Below, in pieces: positions 40,317 to 50,234 of a DNA stretch of 53,156 nucleotides. The notes under the pieces were generated by a model. That model worked only from the letters and a program-made list of their open reading frames with translations. It was not told the DNA's origin and did no database searches. Position 1 is the stretch's first letter. Every line of letters begins with the position of its first letter. The stretch comes from Clostridia bacterium (GTDB lineage Bacteria > Bacillota > Clostridia > Oscillospirales > Acutalibacteraceae): NCBI GenBank assembly GCA_017427315.1, contig JAFRTA010000267.1:1-53156 (forward strand), given 5' to 3'. Both the position numbers and the translations under genes were made by a program.

Positions 40317-41696
40317 TTATATAATGGTTTTGACCCATACGCGTTTTTTGATGAGGATATACCCGACGACGCACTTGATGATTTCAAGGCTCTGCACGAT
40401 CGGGAACAAAACGCGGATATTGAGCCCGAACGCCCGGTACAGCCCGAACGCCGCGGATACGGAGACGAGCCAGAGCATCCCGCTGTCAAAGATAAACGTG
40501 ATCAGCGTTTTTCCGCCGCTGCGCACCGTAAAATACGAGGCGTTCGCAAACGCGGGCAGCGGCATCAGGAGCGCCTGCACGCGGATAAAATAGACCGCCA
40601 GCGCTTTCGATTCCTCGCTCGTCTTGTAAAGCAGCGGGATCGCACCGCCCGTGAAAAACAGCAGCGCGCCGACGAGTACGCTTAACAGCAGCGAAAACGC
40701 GATCAGCTTGCGGGCCGCGTCGACCGCCTCCCCGTGCTTCCCCGCGCCGAGGATCCGCCCGGCGATGATGCCGATGCTGACGCCCATGCTCATCGAGGCG
40801 ATGCTGAACAGCTGGAACACGGTCGTAAAAATGCTGTACGCCGCGACGACGGTCAGCCCGTGCAGCGAATAGGCGACGCCGAGCATCGCCATGCCGCCGG
40901 ACCAGAGCAGCTCGTTGCCCATGAGCGGCAGGCTCTTTTTCATGAATTCGCCGACAAGTTTTCCGGGGACGGAAAACCCGCGGAACAGTCGGCGGAAATG
41001 CGGCAGCGAGCGTCGCCTGACAAAGATATAACAGAGCGTCGCGCCGAGCTCCACGAAACGGGAGAGCGCCGTCGCGATCGCCGCGCCGTCGGTGCCGAGC
41101 TGCGGGAAGCCGAGCTTGCCGAAGATCAGCAGGTAGTTGAACAAGCCGTTCGTCGCGACCGCGAGGAGGCCGAAGATCATCGGCGAAAAGGTGTTCCCCG
41201 TTTCGCGCAGCGTGCCCGAAAACACCTGCGTGAGCGCGAAGGGCAGAAGCCCTATCAGCGTGATGCGCAGATAGCTTTTGCCGAAAGCGAGGGTCGCCGC
41301 GAGGTCGCCGCCCTCGTCCGAGGCGTGCAGGAACAGCCGTATCAGCTTTTCGTCGAACGTGAGAAAGACGCCCACGGCGACGGCGGTAATCGTTATCGCC
41401 GCGATGAATTTGAAACGCACGGTGTAACGGATGCCGTCCGTATCCTCTTTCCCATAATACTGCGCGGTATAGATGCCCGCGCCGCTCATCGTGCCGAACA
41501 CCGCGAGGTAGAAGATCAGCGCGAGCTGGTTCGCGATCGCGACGGCGGAGATCTGCTCGTCGCCGAGCGCGCCGACCATCAGGTTGTCCAGCATGCTCAC
41601 GAAATTCGTGATCAGGTTCTGCGCCATGATCGGCAGGGCGACAGTCAGCGCCATTTTGTAAAAAGCGCGGTCGCCGATGAATTTTTTAATCGTCAT
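40317..41696 (-). CDS. MATE-family efflux transporter
   Basis: 459 aa, ~12 TM helices; the N-terminal ALPIMAQNLITNFVSMLDNLMVG block is typical of MATE proteins. Confidence 0.88.
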   Translation of the reverse strand: MTIKKFIGDRAFYKMALTVALPIMAQNLITNFVSMLDNLMVGALGDEQISAVAIANQLALIFYLAVFGTMSGAGIYTAQYYGKEDTDGIRYTVRFKFIAAITITAVAVGVFLTFDEKLIRLFLHASDEGGDLAATLAFGKSYLRITLIGLLPFALTQVFSGTLRETGNTFSPMIFGLLAVATNGLFNYLLIFGKLGFPQLGTDGAAIATALSRFVELGATLCYIFVRRRSLPHFRRLFRGFSVPGKLVGEFMKKSLPLMGNELLWSGGMAMLGVAYSLHGLTVVAAYSIFTTVFQLFSIASMSMGVSIGIIAGRILGAGKHGEAVDAARKLIAFSLLLSVLVGALLFFTGGAIPLLYKTSEESKALAVYFIRVQALLMPLPAFANASYFTVRSGGKTLITFIFDSGMLWLVSVSAAFGLYRAFGLNIRVLFPIVQSLEIIKCVVGYILIKKRVWVKTII

Positions 41697-42592
41697 GTTT
41701 CTGTGTAATTAAAAGGAATGACCTTTTCCGCAAGCTCCCGGCTGAAAAAATCGAACACGAAGATCCCGCCGCCGCGCAGCGTCGGCTCGGCAAGGAATTT
41801 TTTATTTATCGGGATCGCCGCGGCAAGGGGCGAGATCCGCCCGGTGCAGCTCAGAAAGTTCATGTAAAGCTCGCCGGGTCTTCTTCCCCGGTCGATGGTC
41901 GGTTTCACGGCGCGCTCCCATTTCCGCTTGACACCGAATTTGAACGCGTCCTGCAGGCAGAGCGTGCCGACGGCCCCGCGGCCGTCGCAGCGCGGGATCG
42001 CATCCACGCACGGGTATGCGTCTTTCTGCGCATAGTGATTCCACGCGTCGATCACGTTGATCCCGCCGGTCATATCGTCGACGCCGGGCTCGGTGTCGAA
42101 GCGGCGGAGCAACACGAGCTTCCCGCGCACCTCGCCGAGGGCCGGGAACCGGTTCTCCAGATAAAAATATTTTTCGTTCGGAGAAATATAATTTTCATAC
42201 AGGATCGCCCGGAAGACCGGATCCGGGATGCCATCCTGCTGGATGCTGACGAGCGCGGTCTCCGAGGGGTGCCCGTCGAGGAACGAGAAGAAGGTTTCAA
42301 AGATCTCGTCCGCGTACAGCGGCGCGCCGCCGGCGCCCGGGCGCTGGGAATAGCACGGCGCCGGGCCGTGGACCGCGGCAAGACACTCGCGCCGTATGCT
42401 CAGGCGCAGATCAAAAAACCGGCAGCCCGCGGCAAGCTGTTCGCCGATTGCAAGGGATTGGCACCGCCCGATCGGCGCGAAGAACACGCGGGCGGTGGCG
42501 CTGTCGTGGGAGCCGGGCAGAAACAGCGATTCGACCGGCGATGAATCTCCGAGCGGGTGCATCCATTCGGTTGACGGAATATTATAATTCAT
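41693..42592 (-). CDS. PI-PLC X-domain-like phosphodiesterase
   Basis: LFLPGSHDSAT and RFFDLRL motifs of the PLC-like phosphodiesterase fold. Confidence 0.7.
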   Translation of the reverse strand: MNYNIPSTEWMHPLGDSSPVESLFLPGSHDSATARVFFAPIGRCQSLAIGEQLAAGCRFFDLRLSIRRECLAAVHGPAPCYSQRPGAGGAPLYADEIFETFFSFLDGHPSETALVSIQQDGIPDPVFRAILYENYISPNEKYFYLENRFPALGEVRGKLVLLRRFDTEPGVDDMTGGINVIDAWNHYAQKDAYPCVDAIPRCDGRGAVGTLCLQDAFKFGVKRKWERAVKPTIDRGRRPGELYMNFLSCTGRISPLAAAIPINKKFLAEPTLRGGGIFVFDFFSRELAEKVIPFNYTET

Positions 42593-42600
42593 AAAAAGAA

Positions 42601-43884
42601 TTATTTTCGGACGAGCTTCTCGAGTCCGCCCATATACGGACGAAGGACCTCGGGGATGCTGACCGAGCCGTCCTCGTTCAGGTTGTTTTCAAGGAAGGCG
42701 ATCAGCATGCGCGGCGGGGCGACGACGGTGTTGTTGAGGGTGTGCGGAAGATATTTTCCGTCTTTGCCGTTCACGCGGATCTTGAGCCTGCGCGCCTGCG
42801 CGTCGCCGAGGTTCGAGCAGGAGCCGACCTCGAAATACTTCTGCTGGCGGGGGCTCCACGCCTCCACGTCGACCGAACGCACCTTGAGGTCCGCGAGGTC
42901 GCCCGAGCAGCACTCGAGCGTGCGGACGGGGATATCCATCGAGCGGAACAGGTCGACGGTGTTCTTCCAGAGTTTGTCGAACCACATGCGGCTGTCCTCG
43001 GGCCTGCAGATGACGATCATCTCCTGCTTCTCGAACTGATGGATGCGGTAAACGCCGCGCTCCTCGATGCCGTGGGCGCCCTTTTCCTTGCGGAAGCAGG
43101 GGGAATAGCTCGTGAGCGTATAGGGCAGCTTCTCCTCGGGCACGATGGTGTCGATGAATTTGCCGATCATCGAATGCTCGCTGGTGCCGATCAGATAAAG
43201 GTCCTCGCCCTCGATCTTATACATCATCGCGTCCATCTCCGCGAAGCTCATCACGCCCGTGACGACGTCGCTGCGGATCATGAAGGGCGGCACGCAGTAG
43301 GTGAAGCCGCGGTCGATCATGAAATCGCGCGCGTAGGCGATGACCGCGGAATGCAGGCGGGCGATGTCGCCCATCAGGTAATAGAAGCCGTTGCCGGCGA
43401 CTCTGCGCGCGGAATCGAGGTCGATGCCGTCGAAGCGCTCCATAATGTCGGTATGATAGGGGATCTCGAACGCGGGCACGACGGGCTCACCGAACTTCTC
43501 GCGCTCGACGTTCTTCGAGTCGTCCTCGCCGATCGGGACCTCGGGGTCGATGATGTTCGGGATGACCATCATGATCTCGGTGACGCGCGCCGCGAGCTCC
43601 GCTTCCTTCGCTTCGCAAGCGGCGAGCTCGTCCGACTTCTCGGTGACGAGCTTTTTCGTCGCCTCCGCCTCTTCGCGCCTGCCCTGCGCCATCAGCGCGC
43701 CGATCTGTTTGCTGATCCGGTTGCGTTCGGCGCGCAGCGCGTCTGCGGCCTGCTTGTTTTTGCGGGATTCCGCGTCCAGCGCCAGCACCTCGTCCACAAG
43801 GGCGACCTTTTTCTCCTGGAACTTCCTGCGGATGTTTTCCTTTACGATTTCCGGGTTTTCTCTTAAAAATCGGATGTCAATCAT
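42601..43884 (-). CDS. serS: Serine--tRNA ligase
   Basis: 427 aa. N-terminal coiled-coil arm (MIDIRFLRENPE...). Class II core TSEHSMIG, FRKEKG, GSCSNLGDAQARRL. Confidence 0.96.
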   Translation of the reverse strand: MIDIRFLRENPEIVKENIRRKFQEKKVALVDEVLALDAESRKNKQAADALRAERNRISKQIGALMAQGRREEAEATKKLVTEKSDELAACEAKEAELAARVTEIMMVIPNIIDPEVPIGEDDSKNVEREKFGEPVVPAFEIPYHTDIMERFDGIDLDSARRVAGNGFYYLMGDIARLHSAVIAYARDFMIDRGFTYCVPPFMIRSDVVTGVMSFAEMDAMMYKIEGEDLYLIGTSEHSMIGKFIDTIVPEEKLPYTLTSYSPCFRKEKGAHGIEERGVYRIHQFEKQEMIVICRPEDSRMWFDKLWKNTVDLFRSMDIPVRTLECCSGDLADLKVRSVDVEAWSPRQQKYFEVGSCSNLGDAQARRLKIRVNGKDGKYLPHTLNNTVVAPPRMLIAFLENNLNEDGSVSIPEVLRPYMGGLEKLVRK

Positions 43885-43896
43885 TTTTATCTCTCC

Positions 43897-44787
43897 TTAT
43901 TCTTCAAACAGCTTTGTCAGTTTCTGCAAATCTTCCTTGTCGAAAAACTCGATCACGAGCCTGCCGCCTTTTTTGCTTTCTTTGATTTCGACGGCGCGGC
44001 CCAGCGCGTCGGAAAGCGAGATTTCCGCCTCGGTATAGAACGCGTCCCTGCGGCGGGGCTTTTCCTTCTTCGGCTTTTTCTCTTTTTTCATGCGGTCGAC
44101 CAGCGTCTCCGTTGCGCGGACGGAAAGCCGCTTTTCCGCAATCAGATGCGCGCAGGCAATCATGGCGTCCTCGTCCTCCAGCCCGAGCAGCGTGCGGGCG
44201 TGCCCTGCGGAGAGCTCGCCCCGCCCTACCATCGCCTTGATTTCGTCCGGAAGCTCCAGCAGCCGAAGCGCGTTCGCGACCGCGGGCCGGGACCGCCCGA
44301 GCCGCGCGCCGGCCTGTTCCTGGGTAAGCCCGAAATCCTGCATCAGCCTGCGGATGCCCTCGGCTTCCTCCAACGGAGAAAGATCCTCGCGCTGCAGGTT
44401 CTCGATCAGCGCGATCAGCGCCGCGTCCTGATCCGACAGCACCTTGACGATTACCGGGACGCTTTTGAGTCCCGCGTTGATCGCGGCGCGGTAACGCCGC
44501 TCCCCCGCGACGATCCGGTAAGAGCCGTCGGAGGCCGGCCGCACGAGGATCGGCTGCAGAACGCCGTGCTCCCGAATGCTTTCGGTCAGATCGTTCAGCG
44601 CCTCGTCGTCAAAGTTCTTTCGCGGCTGGTCGCGGTTCGGGGTCAGCTCGCCGACGGGCAGCGTCGTTACGCTTTGCGGCGACAGATCTTCTGCGGAATT
44701 GTCCTCGAACAGAGCCTCAAACCCCCGCCCGAGGCCGCCTTTTTTTGCTGCCAATACGCTCACTTCCTTTGTCTTTGCGTTAAACAA
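43897..44787 (-). CDS. parB: ParB/Spo0J chromosome partitioning protein
   Basis: GLGRGFEALF, QPILVRP, IVAGERRYRAA, HTH region, and a C-terminal dimerisation segment. Confidence 0.92.
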   Translation of the reverse strand: MFNAKTKEVSVLAAKKGGLGRGFEALFEDNSAEDLSPQSVTTLPVGELTPNRDQPRKNFDDEALNDLTESIREHGVLQPILVRPASDGSYRIVAGERRYRAAINAGLKSVPVIVKVLSDQDAALIALIENLQREDLSPLEEAEGIRRLMQDFGLTQEQAGARLGRSRPAVANALRLLELPDEIKAMVGRGELSAGHARTLLGLEDEDAMIACAHLIAEKRLSVRATETLVDRMKKEKKPKKEKPRRRDAFYTEAEISLSDALGRAVEIKESKKGGRLVIEFFDKEDLQKLTKLFEE

Positions 44788-45547
44788 ACTGTTTTTTCAG
44801 AAACTCCGCCGCCAGCGCGTTGTAATTCTCCGCGCCGCGGCTTTTTTTGTCGTAATACTGGATCGGCTGCCCGAAGCTCGGCGCCTCGGAAAGACGCACG
44901 CTGCGCGAAATCACCGATTTATAGACCTTGCCGGGGAAGAAGCGCTTGACCTCCTCCACGACCTGCTGCGTAAGGCGCAGCCTGCCGTCGTACATCGTCA
45001 GCAGCACGCCCTCCAGTTCAAGCAGGGGGTTGTATTTCAGCTTGATTTTTCGCACGGTGGACATGAGCTGGGAGAGCCCCTCCAGCGCGTAATACTCGCA
45101 TTGAATCGGCACGAGAAACGTGTCGGACGCGGTCAGCGCGTTCAGCGTGATGAGGCCGAGCGACGGCGGGCAGTCGAGAAAAATATAGTCGTAGTCCGCG
45201 CGCACGGCCGTGAGCGCGTTCTTCAGCAGCCGTTCCCGCTCCGGCATGTCGATGATCTCGATCTCCGCGCCCGCGAGGTTCATATTCGACGGCACCAAAG
45301 AAATATTGTCGAACGGCGTCACGATGGTCGCGTCCGCGAGCGCCGTTCCGCCGGTCAGCACGTCGTAGCTTGAAACCGCAAGCTGCCGCTTGTTGACGCC
45401 GTATCCGCTCGTGGAGTTGCCCTGCGGATCGATGTCGACGAGCAGGACTTTTTTGCCCAGAAGCCCGAGCCCGGCGGTGAGATTGACCGCGCTGGTCGTT
45501 TTGCCGACGCCGCCCTTCTGATTGACGACGGAGACGATTTTTGCCAT
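44780..45547 (-). CDS. parA: ParA/Soj partitioning ATPase
   Basis: Deviant Walker A NQKGGVGKTT; 255 aa; overlaps the parB start. Confidence 0.94.
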   Translation of the reverse strand: MAKIVSVVNQKGGVGKTTSAVNLTAGLGLLGKKVLLVDIDPQGNSTSGYGVNKRQLAVSSYDVLTGGTALADATIVTPFDNISLVPSNMNLAGAEIEIIDMPERERLLKNALTAVRADYDYIFLDCPPSLGLITLNALTASDTFLVPIQCEYYALEGLSQLMSTVRKIKLKYNPLLELEGVLLTMYDGRLRLTQQVVEEVKRFFPGKVYKSVISRSVRLSEAPSFGQPIQYYDKKSRGAENYNALAAEFLKKQFV

Positions 45548-45630
45548 GCCGACGCCCCTTTCGCTGATAATAAACCATTATATCAAACAGTATACCATAA
45601 TTATAAAGAAAATCAATATCAAATTCAAAA

Positions 45631-45646
45631 GGTTTCACGTGAAACA
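45631..45646. other. parS: parS site
   Basis: GGTTTCACGTGAAACA, 15/16 match to TGTTNCACGTGAAACA. Confidence 0.8.
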
Positions 45647-45672
45647 TCCGACCGGGCGGCGGAAAAACGGAC

Positions 45673-45688
45673 CGTTTCACGTGAAACA
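45673..45688. other. parS: parS site
   Basis: CGTTTCACGTGAAACA, 15/16 match to the consensus. Confidence 0.8.
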
Positions 45689-45715
45689 GTCCGCAGGCGC
45701 TCCGGCGCGGCCGCC

Positions 45716-45760
45716 GAAAACCGAAAAGATACCCCGGGCAGGCCCGGGATACCTTTTCGG
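45716..45760 (-). terminator. Imperfect long hairpin downstream of noc
   Basis: CCGAAAAGATACCCCGGGC / GCCCGGGATACCTTTTCGG (two mismatches). The minus strand is followed by TTTTC. Confidence 0.4.
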
Positions 45761-45798
45761 ATGGGATATGGAAGATGGAAGAAAGCTGTTTTTTGCCG

Positions 45799-46620
45799 TC
45801 AGACCGCCTTGATGTTTTTGCGTGTTTTCGGGATGCGGATCACGTATTCGATATACTCGCGCGTCTCGCTTTTCTCGGAATCCGCTTCGATGCCGGCCTT
45901 GCGCATGGTGCTGACCGCGTGATTGAGCGTGTTGACGAAGATATTCAGGTCGCGGAACCCGCCGACCGGTTCCCGCCGCACGTCCGGAATGGCTTCGACC
46001 GTCTTTGCGACGAGCTTTTCCGTTTCGGCGACGTTCAGTTTTTTGAGGATCACGGTCTCAAGCGCCTTGCGGCGGTCTGCGTTTTCATCAAGCGTCAGAA
46101 GCGCGCGGGCGTGCCGTTCCGTGAGCCCGGCGGCGAGCAGGTCTGCGATGATATCCGGCGGCAGACGCAGGATGCGGAGCTTGTTGGATAGCGACGACTG
46201 CGACCTGCCGAGCTTTTTTGCCAGCTCCTCCTGCGTAAAGCCGAATGCGTACTGCAGCCGCCGGATCGCGAGCGCTTCCTCGTAAAAGCTCAAATCGGCG
46301 CGCTGCATATTCTCGATCAGCGCAAACACGCCCGACTGTTCGTCGCTTGCCTCGACGATTACGCAGGGGATTTCGCGCACGCCGGCAATGCGGCAGGCGC
46401 GCAGCCGCCGTTCGCCGGAAATCAGTTCATAGGCGTTATCGTCGAGCGGGCGGACCGTGAGCGGCTGCAGCAGACCGTTTTCCTTTACGGAAAGCGCGAG
46501 AGACTGCAGCGCGTCGTAATCAAATGTCATTCGCGGCTGGTTCGGGTTCGGAAAAATCCGCTCGGCGTCGATCAGGACGATCTGCCCGGCGCTTTTCGGC
46601 TTTTGTTTTTGCTGAAACAT
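45799..46620 (-). CDS. noc: ParB-family nucleoid-occlusion-like protein
   Basis: ISGERRLRACRIAG, LQPLTVRP, HTH FTQEELAKKLGRSQSSLSNKLR. Positioned between rsmG and parA. Confidence 0.85.
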   Translation of the reverse strand: MFQQKQKPKSAGQIVLIDAERIFPNPNQPRMTFDYDALQSLALSVKENGLLQPLTVRPLDDNAYELISGERRLRACRIAGVREIPCVIVEASDEQSGVFALIENMQRADLSFYEEALAIRRLQYAFGFTQEELAKKLGRSQSSLSNKLRILRLPPDIIADLLAAGLTERHARALLTLDENADRRKALETVILKKLNVAETEKLVAKTVEAIPDVRREPVGGFRDLNIFVNTLNHAVSTMRKAGIEADSEKSETREYIEYVIRIPKTRKNIKAV

Positions 46621-46731
46621 CGCTTCATCGCGCTCCCCCGTGTTTTCTGATGCAAGTATACCACGCCCGGCAAAAAAAGAAAAGCGGTTTTCGTTGACCG
46701 AAAAGCGCTTTCTTCGACGTGTTTTTGTAAA

Positions 46732-47439
46732 TTAAAGGGGCTTTTTTGCGATAACGCCGCTGTTCCTGGGGTATTGCGGCGAAGTCTGCGATATTTTTTT
46801 AATGGAAAGCAACGTGCGCGTGTCGCCGTTGGACAGCGGATATTCATATACGGTCGTGCCGGAGCCGCCGAGCTTGCGAATCGCGGAAAACGCGCTCGCC
46901 CGCACGTTTTCCGCGGGCTGCGCCTTCATCGCGACGAAACGGCCGCCGATTTTTGCCAGCGGCAAACAGTATTCCGCAAGGCGGTTCAGTTCCGCCACGG
47001 CGCGGGCGGTGACGAGGTCGAACGATTCCCGGAACTGCGGGTCCCTGCCCGCCTCCTCGCCGCGCATGTGCACGAGCGTCGCCCGCAGGCCGAGCTTTTC
47101 AAGAAGCCGTTCGACGAAAACGAGCTTTTTACCCGTCGCCTCGATCAGCGTCAACCGCAGATCTCCGCGCGCGATCAGCAGCGGTACGCCGGGGAAGCCC
47201 GCGCCCGTACCGACGTCCGCGACCGCGGCGCCCACGGGAACGTCGATATATTTCAGCAGAACGAGGCTGTCCTCAAAATGCTTGACGGAGATCTCCTCGG
47301 GGTCGGTGATCGCGGTCAGATTGACTTTTTCGTTATATTCCCGCAGAAACGAGGCGTATGCGGCGAACTGGCCGAGCATTTCGTCCGTCAGCTTCACGCC
47401 GCAGCGCGCCGCCGACTGCCGCAGATATTCCTTATTCAT
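46732..47439 (-). CDS. rsmG: 16S rRNA (guanine527-N7)-methyltransferase
   Basis: SAM motif VADVGTGAGFPGVPL; located after mnmG. Confidence 0.93.
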   Translation of the reverse strand: MNKEYLRQSAARCGVKLTDEMLGQFAAYASFLREYNEKVNLTAITDPEEISVKHFEDSLVLLKYIDVPVGAAVADVGTGAGFPGVPLLIARGDLRLTLIEATGKKLVFVERLLEKLGLRATLVHMRGEEAGRDPQFRESFDLVTARAVAELNRLAEYCLPLAKIGGRFVAMKAQPAENVRASAFSAIRKLGGSGTTVYEYPLSNGDTRTLLSIKKISQTSPQYPRNSGVIAKKPL

Positions 47440-49333
47440 CGTGCGCTCCTTTCCCCTCCGCGCCGGCGAGCCAGATCAGCAGGACCGAAACGTCCGCCGG
47501 ACTGACGCCGGAAATGCGCGACGCCTGCCCGATGTTCTGCGGGCGGATCTTCGCGAGTTTCTCTCGCGCTTCGAGCCGGAGTCCCGCGATCACGGCGTAG
47601 TCGATGTCCGCGGGGAGCCGTTTTTCTTCGAGACGGCGCATCTCGCGGATATCCGCCTCCTGCCGGCGGATATAACCCTCGTATTTCGCGTCGATCTCCG
47701 CCTGCTCGAACACCTCGTCCGGCAGATCGGGCCGCGTCGTATCGAAGGGCGTCAGGTCCCGCCAGGAAAGCTGCGGCCGTTTCAGAAGCTCCGAAAGGCG
47801 CGCGCCTTTTTCCAGCGGCGATGTTTCACGTGAAACAAGCATCGCGTTCAGCGCGTCCGAGCGCGGAATGACCGTGCGTTCGATACGCGCTTTTTCTTCT
47901 TCGATCTGCTCTTTTTTCCGCAGAAACGCCCGATGGCGTTCTTCCGATATGAGCCCGAGTCGGTAGCCGTATTCCGTCAGCCGCAGATCGGCGTTGTCCT
48001 GCCGCAGAAGCAGGCGGTATTCCGAGCGGGAGGTCATCATCCGGTAGGGCTCATTGCAGCCCTTTGTTACAAGATCGTCGATTAGCGTGCCGATATAGGA
48101 GCTCGCCCGGTCAAGGATGAACGGTTCTTTCCCCTGAATTTTCAGCGCGGCGTTGATCCCCGCGACGAGGCCCTGCGCCGCCGCCTCCTCGTAACCGCTG
48201 GAGCCGTTGAACTGCCCCGCGCCGTAAAGGTTTTCCGCGTCGTTGAATTCCAGCGTCGCCTTGAGGTCCAGCGGGTCCACGCAGTCGTATTCGATGGCGT
48301 AGGCGGTGCGCATGACCGCGCAGTGTTCAAGCCCCCTGATGGAATGGATCAGGTCGAGCTGCACGTCCTCGGGGAGCGACGAGGAAAGCCCCTGCAGGTA
48401 AAGCTCTTCGGTCTCAAGTCCGCAGGGCTCGATAAAGATCTGGTGACGCTCCTTATCTGCGAAGCGGACGATCTTATCCTCGATGCTCGGGCAGTAGCGG
48501 GGCCCGGTCCCGACGATCTCGCCGCCGAACAGGGGCGAACGGTGCAGATTTTCTTTGATGATACGCTTCGTTTCGCTGTTCGTGTATGTGATATGGCAGA
48601 CCGCGCGGTTTTCGAGCTTTCGCGTGTTCGCAAAGGAGAACGGCACGATGGTTTCGTCCCCCGCCTGCACCTCGAGCGCGTCGAGGTCCACGCTGTTCCG
48701 GTTCACCCGCGCGGGGGTGCCGGTCTTGAAACGGCGCAGGGACATATATTTTTCAAGCGAGGCGGAGAGCCGTTTCGCGGGGAACATCCCGTCCGGCCCG
48801 CTCTCAAAGGAGACGTCGCCGACGAAAATTTTGCCGCCGAGGAAGGTCCCCGTTGCAAGAATGACCGCTTTCGCTTCGTAGACCGCGCCGAAGTGCGTCA
48901 CGAGCCGCCAAAGCTCCCCCGTTTTTTCCAGGGAGACGATCTCCGCCTGCTTCAGGTCGAGGCCGGGCTGGTTCTCGAGCGCGTGCTTCATATATTCGGC
49001 GTAGCGGCGGCGGTCTATCTGCGCCCGCAGGGAGTGCACCGCGGGGCCTTTGCCGAGGTTCAGCATTCGGCTCTGGATCATATTCGCGTCCGCGGCCTTG
49101 CCCATTTCGCCGCCGAGCGCGTCGATCTCGCGCACGAGGTGGCCCTTCGACGTGCCGCCGATGGAGGGATTGCAGGGCATATTGCCCACCATATCGAGGC
49201 TGATCGTGAAACAGATCGTGCGGCAGCCGAGCCGCGCGGCGGCGAGCGCGGCTTCGATGCCCGCGTGTCCCGCGCCGATCACGGCGATATCGTAATTTCC
49301 CGCAAAGTATTCCATAAGAAAACCCCGAAACAT
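47432..49333 (-). CDS. mnmG: tRNA uridine-5-carboxymethylaminomethyl synthesis enzyme MnmG (the start may be nt 49315)
   Basis: FAD motif YDIAVIGAGHAGIEAA; full-length GidA family. Confidence 0.96.
   Translation of the reverse strand: MFRGFLMEYFAGNYDIAVIGAGHAGIEAALAAARLGCRTICFTISLDMVGNMPCNPSIGGTSKGHLVREIDALGGEMGKAADANMIQSRMLNLGKGPAVHSLRAQIDRRRYAEYMKHALENQPGLDLKQAEIVSLEKTGELWRLVTHFGAVYEAKAVILATGTFLGGKIFVGDVSFESGPDGMFPAKRLSASLEKYMSLRRFKTGTPARVNRNSVDLDALEVQAGDETIVPFSFANTRKLENRAVCHITYTNSETKRIIKENLHRSPLFGGEIVGTGPRYCPSIEDKIVRFADKERHQIFIEPCGLETEELYLQGLSSSLPEDVQLDLIHSIRGLEHCAVMRTAYAIEYDCVDPLDLKATLEFNDAENLYGAGQFNGSSGYEEAAAQGLVAGINAALKIQGKEPFILDRASSYIGTLIDDLVTKGCNEPYRMMTSRSEYRLLLRQDNADLRLTEYGYRLGLISEERHRAFLRKKEQIEEEKARIERTVIPRSDALNAMLVSRETSPLEKGARLSELLKRPQLSWRDLTPFDTTRPDLPDEVFEQAEIDAKYEGYIRRQEADIREMRRLEEKRLPADIDYAVIAGLRLEAREKLAKIRPQNIGQASRISGVSPADVSVLLIWLAGAEGKGAHDE
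47822..47837. other. parS: parS site inside mnmG
   Basis: TGTTTCACGTGAAACA, a perfect 16-nt palindrome matching the consensus. Confidence 0.85.
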
Positions 49334-49544
49334 AAGGATAATACATTATTATACTACACTTCCTTTTGTCTGTAAAGCGGAAAAACCGCGCAGGATAAAA
49401 ATAAAGAAACCGTAATATTTTCTTAATCTCTTTTAATAAAAATGAACGCGGATTATTTTGAATTTGCGTATATATTTGTATATGGGCTTTAAAAAGGAAC
49501 CCGGATGTGTTAAAATGGCAATAAACCGGAGAGGAGGAACCCGT

Positions 49545-50234
49545 ATGTACAACGTTCTGGTCTGCGACGACGATATCGCCATTCTCGATTCCCTGCAGAT
49601 CTACCTTGAGCTGGAGCATTACAACGTCTTTCGCGCCGTCAACGGCAGAGAGGCGCTGAAAATCGCGGAGGGAAACGAGCTGCACTGCATCATCCTTGAC
49701 ATCATGATGCCGGAGCTGGACGGCCTGCAGGCGACACTGGCGCTGCGGAAAGATAAGAACATTCCCATCATCATGCTGTCTGCAAAGAGCGAGGACATGG
49801 ATAAAATACAGGGCCTGAGCTTCGGCGCGGACGACTACGTCACGAAGCCGTTCAATCCGCTGGAGCTGATGGCGCGGGTCAAATCCCAGATCCGCCGTTA
49901 TACGGCGCTGGGCAGCCTTGAAAACAAGGAGGGCGTGATCGAAAACGGCGGTCTCGTGCTTGACCTGCAGGCGCGCAGCCTCACCGTGGACGGCGAGCCC
50001 GTCCGCCTGACCGCGACGGAATACGGCATCGTGGAATTCCTGATGAAGAACCGCGGCAGGATCCTGACCACCTCTCAAATCTATGAGGCGGTGTGGAACG
50101 AGCCGTCCTTCTCCGTGGAAAAAACCGTGACCGTACACATCCGGCGGATCCGTGAAAAGATCGAGATCGAACCGAAAGAGCCCAAATATTTAAAGGTGGT
50201 GTGGGGCCTTGGCTACAAAATGGAAAAACTATAA
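49545..50234 (+). CDS. OmpR/PhoB-family response regulator
   Basis: Start MYNVLVCDDD after GGAGAGGAGG. Receiver domain D..D..K. C-terminal winged helix LTATEYGIVEFLM...VWGLGYK. Confidence 0.92.
   Translation: MYNVLVCDDDIAILDSLQIYLELEHYNVFRAVNGREALKIAEGNELHCIILDIMMPELDGLQATLALRKDKNIPIIMLSAKSEDMDKIQGLSFGADDYVTKPFNPLELMARVKSQIRRYTALGSLENKEGVIENGGLVLDLQARSLTVDGEPVRLTATEYGIVEFLMKNRGRILTTSQIYEAVWNEPSFSVEKTVTVHIRRIREKIEIEPKEPKYLKVVWGLGYKMEKL

Noticed and set aside
43885-43896. T-box leader upstream of serS
   Set aside because: Only 12 nt separate the parB stop and the serS start, so there is no room for a T-box; serS appears co-transcribed with parAB.
49334-49544. oriC / DnaA-box cluster next to mnmG
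   Set aside because: I found no TTATCCACA-like boxes on reading either strand. The spacer looks like an ordinary divergent promoter region.
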